Assembly (NCBI RefSeq): GCF_009914755.1
Contig: NC_060925.1
DNA length: 64,000 nt
Strand: one strand, 5' to 3'
Source: the human T2T-CHM13v2.0 reference genome, Homo sapiens
Shown here: positions 1 to 12,019 of the stretch, in pieces
Numbering within the stretch: the first letter of the stretch is position 1
How the letters are laid out: each line of letters starts with the position of its first letter
Program-made: the position numbers and the translations under genes
The notes under the pieces: generated by a model
What the model saw: the letters and a program-made list of their open reading frames with translations, nothing else
Told to the model about the DNA's origin: nothing
The model's database searches: none

Positions 1-759
1 ATTTTTCTTCTTTGCACATCTCCTCCCAGAAGACTCAGGTATTATGAAGGGATTGTGAACAGCATGAAGATGGTTGTGGCCAGTGGGAGTCTGAATGGTA
101 AATTTTATTTAAAAATTTATATTTAAAAAATGAATAAACATTAATCTCAGCAATGAAATCTATATTTTATAAAACTATAAAGATGGGTTGTTCAAAAAGA
201 AGTGTAAGAGTGAAGGGATGTCAAGAAAGATAAAGACTAAGATACAGATATGGTGACATTCCAGAGAGCAGTTTCAGGTGAATTCTGAACTTAAAAGTGA
301 GATTTCAGTGAGGTAATATGGTCGAGGTGTCTCACTAAACCTAAAAGTAGAAGATAAAAAAAAACTTAGCAGAGATTTTCTTTTATAAATGAACCCTGAA
401 ATTAGGAACAGAGAAATGAGATCAAGAAAAGACTCTTGTGTATCAGCATGACCTGGAAAGTGACTGACAAATTTGTGAAGCTGCCAGAATTGTGAAGGGG
501 AGTTAGGAGTTCACAGCAGCCTGAGCCTGGCATTTAGAGTCTGAAAGAGCTACTTTGGTAGAAAGGTCAGTCATAATCTCAGGTGGACACTGATTTTTCT
601 CTGTTGTTGGCTGAAATGTTATTAGGTAGGCAACAAAGACATGATAGCCACTCTGTCAAGAAGAGACAATCTATAAACTGTGTGGGAAATATGCATTGAA
701 TCCCAAGTCTCCTGTGGAGAATCTTGTTTCTCTCCTTTTGTTCTTTGTCAGAATTACTG

Positions 760-1740
760 AACCTTAGGAAACAAACTCCCTTCCTCTTTCTCCCTCCATC
801 ATTCCCTGAAACTTGGCTTCTGACATGCTCACTTTATGAAAATTACTCTTTCAAAGGTTACGACTGAAGTTTTTATTGCTAAATCCAGCGTGCATTCAAC
901 TTAGATCTCTCTGATGCATTTAATACCACTGGATACTGCTTCCTGGACACTTACACTGACTTGGTTTCCATGACACCACACGCTATCCTCTCTGCCAAAC
1001 ATAATTTTTTGTCTCCCACCTCCCTCCCCACCTGCCATTCTTATCTTGCCTCTAACACCATGAATGTGAATGTTTCCTCAAGTCAGTGGTTGGCTCCCTG
1101 ACCTTTCCTCTCTTCTCTTTTCCACTGAAAGACAAAATTCATTTTTGTTTCATTATCATTTATATGTTGATTTCTCTGAAACCTGTATTTCTAATTCCAA
1201 GTGGCCGTCACATATTACAAATTCTCCAAGACCTTTCTTACACATAAGTCATACTATCATTTCAAATTTAGCATTTGAGGAACCAAGTTTACCACCTACC
1301 CTCCACCTCCTCCAAGTGAACATCCTCTCAATTGTCCTATCTGTACTGGCAGCACCATATTTTTTTTCCACATGATTTGCAGTAAGAAATATGGTTCCAT
1401 ATTCTATATATATATTTTTAATTCTCATCTTTGTCCTTTTTTGCACTTACAATAAGACCCTGCCATCAGTCTAAGTTGTGTATCTTTGGTTTTATCCAAC
1501 CACATATCAGAGTGATAATCAGTTACTCTTGATGCATGCCTCCATTGCCTCTTTCCATCTAAATGCTCTCAAATTCCCTTACAACTGACAGAACACACAG
1601 CAAATAATTCTTTACTGAACACAAATCTTGTTCTACTCAGTCTCTTCCTATCCAGTCTTTCCCATTGGTTACTGTGACTTAATGTCTTCTACAAACACCT
1701 GAGGTCTCAGAAACCATCTTTAGGTTATTCTTTAATCCCT
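760..1740 (+). mobile_element. Degraded L2 LINE fragments
   Basis: L2-like motifs (actctttcaaaggttac...gctaaatcca; cttggtttccatgacaccacac). Boundaries approximate. Confidence 0.55.
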
Positions 1741-2944
1741 CAGGTGATCTCCAGTTATATCTCATACTTCTGCTTTTTTGAAGCTCCGAGTCAGATCCTC
1801 TTTCTGCTACTGCTGATGCCTTCTTCCACTATGCTCTCTGAGGGTAAACTTTGTTGCATGCCAATTAATGTAGCCAAGACAACTCTGTTTGTGGCACACA
1901 GGTGGACCTGTTTCTCTTCAGCATACTGTATCTTTTCTTCCCCCAGCCTCAACTCTTCCATAGCCATCCAGACAGGAGCCGCCACCTTGACCTGAACTTT
2001 CACTGGCAGGATGGCACCCAGGAGGATCCAGCAACAGTGAGGATTGGCTCACTGTGAGGATTGCACCCAGTTCTGAAGACCCAGGATTCATTTTCCTACA
2101 TCCTGACATCAGAACTTTTCCTTTCTGCAATAAAAATAATTCTCAGTTTCCTCTTTGACAACTCTTGAAGTGCAGGCTGTTCTCTTCCAAGGCCTGAGAA
2201 GCATATTCTGGGGAAGGAAACTAGACAACAGAATCAGACTCCACTTTTTCTCCCTTTTCCAATTATACTGTAGACCCTACCTTCCAACCAGGGTTTCCTT
2301 TTCACAGTGTATAACACAACATTTTCATATTCAACTGCAAACCCTTGCACTTGGCCCCAACAGCTATCTAAAGCCGTTATCTCCAAGCTCTCCCACCATG
2401 AGTCTAAGGCTGTGTCACTTATCCCCAAGACCTGTTCCCTAGGCTTATCTCCCATTAGAGAAGACTCTCTTTGATATTAATTTGCAAACCATTTTTTGTT
2501 AAGATAATGATTATTTATTTATTTATGAAGAAAACTAGAAGCATCTGGTAAGCCCTGTGTTCTCTGAGTTTTATGGCACTTATTAATTAACATCTGGAAA
2601 TGTTAGGGAATTGCATAGTCCCTGGGTTCTCAAGAAATGTTACCTTCCTGCTCCTACTTCCAGTATTACCTTATCATATTATTCAATTGTATTCTACTTT
2701 TTGTTGCTAATAAACTGTTTCTTGTAAAAAAAAAAAATCCTCACACAAAGTTGAGTCCTTTGATTCCACAATATGTAACAGTTTCTTTTCATGTGTAAGA
2801 AAAATTGTTAGATGAAACCAATGATCTAAATATAAATAAGTCCTAATACCCAGATTCAGTCTAGAAGGGATTCAAGATAAATACAATAATATCTATAATA
2901 TGAGACAGATAGTGGTAACAGCCATAAAGGCTCTAAAATGATGG

Positions 2945-3150
2945 TAATAATAACCATCCAGATACTGTTCCATGTACTTTATGTATATCATAGTATCTCA
3001 TTTATCCTTAGAGAAACACTGTGAGGTAGATAGTTTTATCTTTGTTTCACAGAGAAGGAAACTAAGGTTCAGAGGGGTTTAGTGACTTGCAGAATAGTCA
3101 GCCACTAGTAAATGGCAACATTGGAATTCTATCCCAAAGTCTTTGATCTT
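2945..3150 (-). mobile_element. MIR SINE
   Basis: MIR core in reverse orientation (tcacagagaaggaaactaaggttcagaggggtttagtgacttgc). Confidence 0.75.
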
Positions 3151-3224
3151 AACCTTATGGGAAGTACGAAAGAGGGGAAATAATGTATAGTTGGGATATT
3201 AGAAAAGTCTTCATGAAGCAGATT

Positions 3225-3342
3225 GTTTTTTATTTTTTATATTTTTGTATAAATTCAAGGCATACAAGTTTAGTTTTATTACATAGACAGCAATAACATA
3301 ATAGTGAAGTCTGGGCTTTTACTATAACCATCACCTAAATAA
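3225..3342 (-). mobile_element. Short L1MA-type 3' end fragment
   Basis: T-rich start, then ggcatacaagtttagttttattacatag...gtgaagtctgggcttttactataaccatcacc. Confidence 0.6.
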
Positions 3343-3349
3343 GCTTGAG

Positions 3350-4350
3350 ATTAATGTGGAAGAATGGCTGGAATTCCTAGAAACAGGAAAAGAAAATAAG
3401 AGAGAAATTCAAGACAGTATGAAGGCACTGAATAGAAGTAATGAAATCAAGAAAGCCAGGAAGGTATAAAGAACAACAATTAGAGGTGTTTGACTGGAGA
3501 ATAGGATTAGATTCTGAGATAATAGCCAGGTTAGAGCCAGATTGCAAATGGCATTGGCTTCCAAGCAAATGGTCTGTATTTAATTCAGGAGTCAATAGAT
3601 GCATAATCCCAACTTTATCACTAACCTATACTGTGCAACAAGCCAGATAAGGCTTCACAACCTGGGATTCCATTTAGAGAAAAAAAGTAGAGAATGGAAA
3701 CTCCCCAGGGATGAGAATAGGAAGGATACTTTGAACAATGATAGAGAAAGTGTATTCTTGGTGGCAGTGATTGTGTCATTGAAAAGGCTGATTAGGTCTG
3801 TGGTGAGCTAACAGAAGAGAGAGTGAACAAGAGGCTAAACAGTAGGATGAGAAACAAGACACCATATAATTCAGGGATGAGAGAGAAAGAAATAATGTGG
3901 CTAGAAAGAAGAACTTCAGTTTGATATCTCAGAGGCAGAGAAGGTTTGAGTGGTGGTTAATAAACTGTACAGAGAGAGAATGAAGGAGACATAGAAAGAA
4001 TGAAGGTGGAGATCTCTGGGGCTGTGAGAGAGCCAGTGACCACTGAATCCCCAGCACCTAGTGTAGTAACTGAGAGCTAGTGAATAAATGTATTAGTGGG
4101 GTCATCACCAAAGATGGATTAGATATACACTCAATGACCAAGGACTCAAAGAAGAGGAGAGAAAAACTTGGGGAGATGCTGACATCTCTGCAGGTAGCAT
4201 GAAGTAACCAGAAAACAAGTCGTAATGAGAAATGGAAAGATCTAGGATAAGGAAGCACCATGATATGCAAACGAAAAAAAAGCACTGAGTAGAAGTAGCA
4301 GAAAAATACTAAGCTTCATGGGGACAGAAAGTTTATTCTCCAAGTCCCTC
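3350..4350 (-). mobile_element. Degraded L2 fragments
   Basis: Purine-rich L2-like sequence, including the antisense L2 tail gcacctagtgtag...gtgaataaatg. Boundaries approximate. Confidence 0.4.
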
Positions 4351-4724
4351 TTTCCCCTTAGCTTTGCCTGGATGTATTACTTGATGTTGAATTAGTCAAA
4401 GTTGAAGGCACTTTTTAGGGTCTTCAGCAGAAAGCAGAATCCTAGAATATCCTACAAATACAAGACAACTTGAGAACTATAAAAGAAAGAAAAGGCCTTG
4501 TTCCCATAGCCCACAAGAGGGCTGAGCTCAGCGATACACTCTGTGTGGCTCAGGAGCTTCTGGCAGAGCACAGAGCCATCAGAGAGGGGGCCCAGAGAGC
4601 AGAGAGAGGCTCTGCTGACATGGCCAGCCCAGCGCCTCATCCCATCCATAACCCTGCTGCCCTGCAATGACTCTCTTCCCAGCAATAAAATCTGGGTCAC
4701 AGGAGTTGGAGCTCTAGCCATCAC

Positions 4725-4891
4725 TTGTCTCTAATAAATAACTCCCATTGATTTTCCAGCTCAGGGCTCACCACTCCTTCACCGTAAGCGCCAGGAGGCA
4801 GACCTGGAAAATCACTCACATATTATTGGTGCTCTTCCTCCCCCATCCTCACCCAAGGTGCATATAAACCCTGAATAACCTGAAGTCTAAG
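4725..4891 (+). promoter_or_regulatory. APCS: APCS proximal promoter: TATA box (TATAAA 4863-4868), inverted CCAAT (ATTGG 4825-4829), HNF1-like site (4730-4742), CTGGAAA IL-6/STAT-type element (4804-4810)
   Basis: Motifs read directly. TATA spacing puts the TSS near 4891. Liver expression of APCS is established; individual site assignments are consensus matches only. Confidence 0.7.
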
Positions 4892-4986
4892 GGCATGAAT
4901 ATCAGACGCTAGGGGGACAGCCACTGTGTTGTCTGCTACCCTCATCCTGGTCACTGCTTCTGCTATAACAGCCCTAGGCCAGGAAT

Positions 4987-5773
4987 ATGAACAAGCCGCT
5001 GCTTTGGATCTCTGTCCTCACCAGCCTCCTGGAAGCCTTTGCTCACACAGGTAAGGAGGTGAAGGAATGGTCAAGAATCATAAAGTGAGAAAATAGGTTG
5101 AAGCTGAGATATCTTTTCCCTGCATTTATACTGAAGGTCATTATCTTTCTTTCTTTATCCCGCAGACCTCAGTGGGAAGGTGTTTGTATTTCCTAGAGAA
5201 TCTGTTACTGATCATGTAAACTTGATCACACCGCTGGAGAAGCCTCTACAGAACTTTACCTTGTGTTTTCGAGCCTATAGTGATCTCTCTCGTGCCTACA
5301 GCCTCTTCTCCTACAATACCCAAGGCAGGGATAATGAGCTACTAGTTTATAAAGAAAGAGTTGGAGAGTATAGTCTATACATTGGAAGACACAAAGTTAC
5401 ATCCAAAGTTATCGAAAAGTTCCCGGCTCCAGTGCACATCTGTGTGAGCTGGGAGTCCTCATCAGGTATTGCTGAATTTTGGATCAATGGGACACCTTTG
5501 GTGAAAAAGGGTCTGCGACAGGGTTACTTTGTGGAAGCTCAGCCCAAGATTGTCCTGGGGCAGGAACAGGATTCCTATGGGGGCAAGTTTGATAGGAGCC
5601 AGTCCTTTGTGGGAGAGATTGGGGATTTGTACATGTGGGACTCTGTGCTGCCCCCAGAAAATATCCTGTCTGCCTATCAGGGTACCCCTCTCCCTGCCAA
5701 TATCCTGGACTGGCAGGCTCTGAACTATGAAATCAGAGGATATGTCATCATCAAACCCTTGGTGTGGGTCTGA
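4987..5773 (+). CDS. APCS: Serum amyloid P component (short pentraxin); spliced CDS join(4987..5050,5166..5773), 223 aa including a 19-aa signal peptide
   Basis: Exon 1 reads MNKPLLWISVLTSLLEAFAHT. A 115-bp GT-AG phase-1 intron (5051-5165, ag|gtaagg ... ttctttatcccgcag|) follows, and exon 2 continues DLSGKVFVFPRES...IIKPLVWV*. Total 672 nt = 224 codons. The pentraxin signature HICVSWES and the N-glycosylation sequon NFT are present. The protein matches human SAP as I recall it. The ORF track's GTG start at 5180 is an artefact of ignoring the intron. Confidence 0.99.
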
Positions 5774-5901
5774 GGTCTTGACTCAACGAGAGCACTTGAA
5801 AATGAAATGACTGTCTAAGAGATCTGGTCAAAGCAACTGGATACTAGATCTTACATCTGCAGCTCTTTCTTCTTTGAATTTCCTATCTGTATGTCTGCCT
5901 A

Positions 5902-5960
5902 ATTAAAAAAATATATATTGTATTATGCTACCTGCATTTGTTTAGTGCTTGTCATAGTCC
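5902..5960 (+). terminator. APCS: APCS polyadenylation signal (variant ATTAAA 5902-5907) with downstream GU/U-rich element
   Basis: ATTAAA lies ~130 nt after the stop and is followed ~30 nt later by CA and tttgtttagtgcttgt. Confidence 0.75.
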
Positions 5961-7169
5961 CATATCTTTATCTTATGTCTACTACTTATCTATCTACTAA
6001 TTGGTGTTTCATTGGTAATTGGTGTTTCATTATCCTGAAAACTCCAATTGCCAAGTACGGGGAGGAAAACCTGTAAGTAACTAGAAAGATATATCGCAAA
6101 GCCAGAGCACTCAATGAGCACAACAGTGGCAATACTTAAAAGCTACTAACAATCATTTTAATGACGATTCAAAATATGTGTGGAATTGTAATCACAATTC
6201 TCCTATTTGTTTTTCCAGCTACAAATCGATCAAAAAGGGGTCTGAGGTTGCATCAGGTAGACAACTATAATGATATAAGTAAGCAATAGTTGAGAACCTG
6301 ACAGCAAGTAATAAGACAGGAAGAATAAAACTAGAAGAAGTCAGAATGAAAACCAAAAAAGTATGAGACTGGGATCATTTTGTATGAAGACAAACATAAC
6401 TTTATGTCTCAAAAACCTCAGTAGGACTGTACAATGCTTGATTTTCATAATGTTCTCTTGATGTCATCAAAAAATATTATACTCTGAATATTGCTCACAT
6501 GAATATGCTGTCTAAAATTCTTCCATGGATTCACACTTCTTACAGGACATGATTTAAACCTCTAAATATGACATTGCCCTCTATAACCTGGTCCCAGTTA
6601 CTCTCTCTGAAATGTACACAGAGAGTATACACAGAATACTCTCTGAAATGGACTTTCCATGTACATTTCAGATACAACTCTTAGCAGAGCAAGCCACATC
6701 CTAACTATCACACTGAAAAATAATTGTCAGATGCTATTACTAGTAGTTATTTTTATGGTTATGAAAAGCATGGAACACAGTGCCTGGCACATCGTCAACA
6801 GATATGAGTTGCATTCCCAGAGAAGCAAGGATCCCAGAGGGAGTTTGAGCTACATATATGGGAAATAAGACAGGCTTTTCTCACTGATAATAAGTAGAGC
6901 ATGTAGTCAGTGGAATCAGAAAGATAGCATCCAGAAGCTTCAGGATGGTAACCAATGTCATGATTTCAAACTCATGAGGCCATTTGGCCAGAATGAACAG
7001 AGGCAGTCACCAGATATGAAGAAGTAGGATAGAATCTGGAAACTCCATAATGGGACAATGGGGTGGAAGCAGAGGAGAGCAGACAGAACCTGGGAAGATT
7101 TGCTGAAGTACTTAAATGGAGCAGCAGGGGCTTCATAAGAACATTTCAACCTCATTTCTGGTGAGGTGG

Positions 7170-7623
7170 TATGATGGTTTGGATATGGTTTGTTTGCCGC
7201 CACCACACGTCATCTTGAAATTTTATTCCCAATATGGTGTTGTTGGAAGGTGAGTCCTAGTGAAAGGCATTTGGGCTATGGGGGTGGGTCCCTCATGAAT
7301 GTTTTGGTGCTGTTCTTACGGTAATGAGTGAGTTCTCACTCTTATGAGAGTGCATTAACTCTTGTGGGATCAGATTAGTTCTTGCCAGATGTAGCTGTTA
7401 TAAAGCCAGGATGTCCCTTAGATTTTGTTCTCTTCGCACATGTTCACTTCGCCTTTGAATTTCTCCACCATGTTTTGACACAACACAAAAGCCCTCACCA
7501 GAAGCCAGAGGCATGATCTTTAACTTCTCAGCCTGCAGAGCGATGAGCCAGATAAACCTCTTTTCTTTATATATCACTGAGTCTCAGGTATTCTTTTATA
7601 GCAACACAAAATGGACTAAGACA
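7170..7623 (+). mobile_element. MaLR solo LTR, MSTB-type
   Basis: Starts tgatggtttggatatggtttg and ends tatagcaacacaaaatggactaagaca. Confidence 0.8.
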
Positions 7624-7915
7624 AGTAGAACTTACTTAGAACATTGAGTTGGTTAGGTAGACAGGGATTTTAGCAATATGAGAAATTATTAATTTCTGAT
7701 TGACAGCTCATGAGTTAAGGCTTGCTTTACGCTTTCTCAATATTAACGACCTTTCCATAAACTTGTACTGTGAGTACTAGAAAGGTCTATCTATTCTTGC
7801 ATAACAGATATTTCTATCATGTTCACTAACACTGTGTTTTGGTTTAACAACCCCTTTGCCTAGGAACCCAAGACAATTTTAGAAATGAAACCAGTGTACT
7901 TCCAAGTGATATAAT

Positions 7916-8040
7916 CCATTCATTCAACTATTTATTGAGCAACTTCTCAAAAATACGCCAGGCAATGCCAGGTACTGAAAATATAATATTGAATAAAACA
8001 ATCATGGTGCTTGCTATTTTAGAATTTACATTCTAATAAA
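7916..8040 (-). mobile_element. L2 3' end
   Basis: cattcattcaactatttattgagc...gccagg...aataaaaca, the typical L2 terminus in reverse. Confidence 0.65.
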
Positions 8041-8864
8041 TCTGTGTTAACTACATGTGGGTTTCTCCTAACAATAATCAGGCTGTACTGTAATCCATCT
8101 CTCACATGTTTAAGCTTTCTTCTATCTCAGGTTGATATCATAGTCCACCTCTCACTTTCCCCTAAGTTAAAGGTATTATTTATTCTTGGTGATCATTTGC
8201 AACTACTTGCATAGATCTCAGGATACAGTGTTTGTGACAGGTTTCTTGTTCTTGTGAACCCTCTGCCTCTTAAAATGGCTCTTTTGAACAGAATCCAAAA
8301 TGACTGCATGTAAGCTCTTTCTTCTATGTTGTCTGTATTTCAGCCAAAAGAAGCACTTATACATCTCTTGTCCCTATAAATTCTAGAAGTCTCAGATGGT
8401 CTTAATATAGACAACTCTTTCCTATTTACACAGTGGTTGCAGCTTTCTCAAGTCCTTTGAGTCTCCCAATAGCAAGAGGGATATTTCAAGCTTCCGCAGT
8501 GATTCCACAGAAGCCCCCACATTAGGCTTGAGGTTGGGTAAAGAAGTAAAAAATAATAATCTTCTCAAGATACAAATAACATAACCTAATACTCCCTCAA
8601 AGCAGCAACAACAGCAAAACAGCAGCTCTCTGCAAAGAAGTTCTTTGGAAAAGTTCCTTCCTATCTCCACATTCTGTCTTCTTTGGGCACCTTGTTCTAG
8701 CCAAAAGGTAGAAGAGTTGTAGAGATGGTTCTTAATCATTTCCTTCATGAATTCTTTATTTGAGTGAATCTGTGTATATTATTTTTATCATTAATATCTA
8801 TCATATTGATGGCTCATTCAAAACTGAAGACAGTCCATTTTAACATAATTTATAATAGAGATGG

Positions 8865-9237
8865 TGATATGGTTTGGCTGTGTCCTGACCCAAATCTCAT
8901 CTTAAATTGTAGTTCCCATACTCCCCATGTGTCGTGGGAGGGACCCAGTGGGAGGTGATTGAATCATGGGGGCGGTTACCCTCGTGCTGTTCTCATGATA
9001 GTGAGTGAGTTCTCACAAGACCTGATGGCTTTCTATGGGACTTTTCCCCCCTTGCTCCACGATCCTCCTTCCTGCCACCATGTGAAGAAGGACATGTTTG
9101 CTTCCATTTCTCCATAGTTGTAAGTTTCCTGAAGGCTCCCCAGCACTGTGGAACTGTGAGTCAATTAAATCTCTTTCTTTTATACATTACCCTGTCTTGG
9201 GCAGGTCTTTATAGCAGCATGAAAACAGACTAATAAA
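8865..9237 (+). mobile_element. THE1 (C/D-type) solo LTR
   Basis: tgatatggtttggctgtgtcc...acagactaataaa, flanked by a perfect 5-bp TSD GATGG (8860-8864 / 9238-9242). Confidence 0.9.
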
Positions 9238-10299
9238 GATGGAATTTCTGGTAATGTCATCTCGGCATTTTTCTCAGATACAGTTGTTGTCACAACAAAG
9301 AAATCAGCAAAAGTCACAGAGGAAACTACTTGAATAATTCAGAATCTATAAAGAAAATGGAAGGATTTGGAGGTGCAATAACCCAGGAACATAGTTGTGT
9401 AGTGATTTAATAATTACAGAGATAATCACGCCCTTTCCCATACTTGCCACTAAGGCTGTTAGATACTAGGGGACAAGTAGTACACAAGATGTACAATAAG
9501 TTGCTAAAACCAGGAGTCATCTCTAATAAGAAAAGCAATTTTTGAGTCTCTATCTTATACAAGTAACGATCTGATTCTTATTTTTGACTACAGAAAAACA
9601 GGTAAGAGCATTTAGCCACATAGCTTCAGGACTGGTTTTAACAGAAGTCCATAAATAATTTTCCTGGATGAGAAGGCTTGCAGGTAGTTTTCTGTGAGTT
9701 TTGTGTGGGAGACTCTGGGTGGAGCTCTGAGATTAAAGCAATGAGGCCCCTTAGCTTGGGATATGCCTTAGCTAAAACTTGAGTTGAAGTGGAAATTTAA
9801 AAAAAATATTTTATCTGCACTGGATAGGATCAATGTATAGTCACATTTGGAATGCAATGTGGAGACTTTTTAGGTATTCATGAGACTTTGCATTGTTTAG
9901 AAATAATAGGTGTCCAAGACCATTCAAATGACAGAAGAAAAAATGAAACATGACCTGAATTGTCTTTAATCCTTATCTTGTCAAGACTAAATAGCTGATT
10001 ATCATATAAACTAAACTCCATTTGTATTCCAGAATTTTCTATCTCCTTTTCATCTGGCTGGCTGTGGCCACTTTTCTGAGTTTAACATGGGAGATACCTC
10101 AAGAGACCACCGTCGAGTTCGGGCACTGGTAAAGGCATCTGCATCATGTCACATTCAACCACAGGATCCAGAAGCAAAGCTAATCTAATGTTATTGACAT
10201 ATTTCACTGAAGCCCATAATCTATGAGGGGTTCACACAGCTGTGCCTGGGGTGAGATGTCAAAGACAAATACTTCATCTAGAGCTCCAGCTGTTGCAAC

Positions 10300-10425
10300 A
10301 GCTTCTCTCAGTATCCTTATGGGGATCCTATGAGGATTCAGTATGACAATGCATACAAAACACCTACTCAGTCCCTGTTCTGGCACAGTGCAAGTGCTCA
10401 GTGATTGTTAGCTGTAATTATGAGG
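10300..10425 (+). mobile_element. MIR 3' fragment
   Basis: atgaggattcagtatgacaatgcatacaaaacacct...ctggcacagtgcaagtgctcagtgattgttagct. Confidence 0.6.
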
Positions 10426-11976
10426 AGGATGATGATCTAAAATGTAATCACCTGCCCTAACTTCTTTTTATATTCTGACAAATCAAAATGAGCACTCATG
10501 CTCCATTTTCAGTTCCTACCCCCAAAACTAATTTTTACCTAACAAAACCAATGCATGGCCTCTGCTAGCAGGAGAAATGATGTAAGCTCTTTCTATATAC
10601 AAAGAGAGACACCATATCTGACTTTTACACGAATGTATTCTCACTGACAGTAACTAACCAAGGACCAAACACTAACAGGGATTCAAAAGAAGAAAAGATG
10701 GTGCCATGTGACAACATATCTTCAACTGAGTTGAGCTACTTTTTTCCCTGAAGAAACGTAAGTAGCAGGCCATGTGAGACCAAAGCTTGCTCAATATTCC
10801 TAGTGTGATCTGCTTGTAATGAGATCCCCCGGCTCATTTCTGGATTCTCATTGTGCAGACCCAAGGGAGACATGGTAAGTCTCTTGACAAATTGATGCAG
10901 TGACTAGAGCTAGACAGAAGAACTTCTCCTCTGAGAGTCTCTTCCTAATCACAGAGTTTAAGGGGGCAGCTCTTCTAGAGCCAAAGCAAAAAGGGCCAAA
11001 CGGACTCTGTGAATGTCACCCTGTGCTTTAGCCAGAGTCCAGTGAAATGTAAGTGACCCAATAATCTAATAAGGCTGAGAATCAAATAAGGCTAAACTTT
11101 TAAAGACATCAAGAGTCTGTCAATTATTTTTCCAGACAAACAATAATCAGATTTCCTAGAATTGTAATGATCTTTTGTAAATTAGTCACAATTATTCTAA
11201 AACTGAACACAGATTCCACAGACTGCAGAAGGTGGATGGACACTTTTGGGTCTGAGAAGGCTTCCATGCAAAAGAAAAGTTATTATTCTCTTATTTATTC
11301 AAATAGCTCTCGTAATCATCAGTTTCTTAAGTCATTGAGTCCTCCTTCCCTGGCTCCTTAGATCTATTTTGTTTAAAAAGAAAGGAAAGGGAAGGAAAAT
11401 AAGGGAAAGGAAGGGAGGGGATGGAAACTCTACCAAAAAGGCAGGTCACTATTTTTTTTAAGTGTGCAATTCCTTTACACACAAAATATATTTATAGAAG
11501 TTTTGCCTACCTGCATATTTTAATTTTTTTAACACAGATTCTGTTTCCAGCAACAAATTTTGCTTATAAAGACCAAAATATTTGGGGGCATCCATGGCTG
11601 TTGTAATAATTTCTTCCCCTTGCAAATGGCATTTCCTTTACACTTTCAAATTCTGTTTTCCCCTCCACTTTATTTTCCTTTTTCCTCTGGTAGGAATATT
11701 GACTTCATGACTAACATTTTGATGCATGAGCACATTTCAGTATTTTTACTCTCCCACAGGGTTTTTATCCTTCTGGAATGTATAAATCATTTTGAAAGCT
11801 TCTTTCTGTTCTATACTGTGCTTTTGAGATTATCCACTGGCGTGTTCCCTCTACAGAAACACCCTTAGGGTTCAGCCAGAGAAGGTCCAGATTTGGGTGG
11901 TAGAAGGGCTGCTGCTACTGTGCTCAGCTGCACTCGCTTCTGGCTGGGTGGAGACTCATAAAAAGCAACCAGTAGA

Positions 11977-12019
11977 AAAAAAAAGAGAGAGAGAGAGAGA
12001 GACAGAGAGAGAGAGAGAG
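11977..12019. repeat. (GA)n microsatellite preceded by an A-run
   Basis: Seen directly. Confidence 0.95.

Noticed and set aside
1744-2455. Cluster of short overlapping ORFs and a minus-strand acceptor-like site (tttttattgcag near 2127)
   Set aside because: No recognisable protein similarity and no supported exon chain; a lncRNA exon cannot be excluded or supported.
5180-5773. 197-aa ORF starting at GTG
   Set aside because: It is APCS exon 2; the real start is the ATG at 4987 in exon 1.
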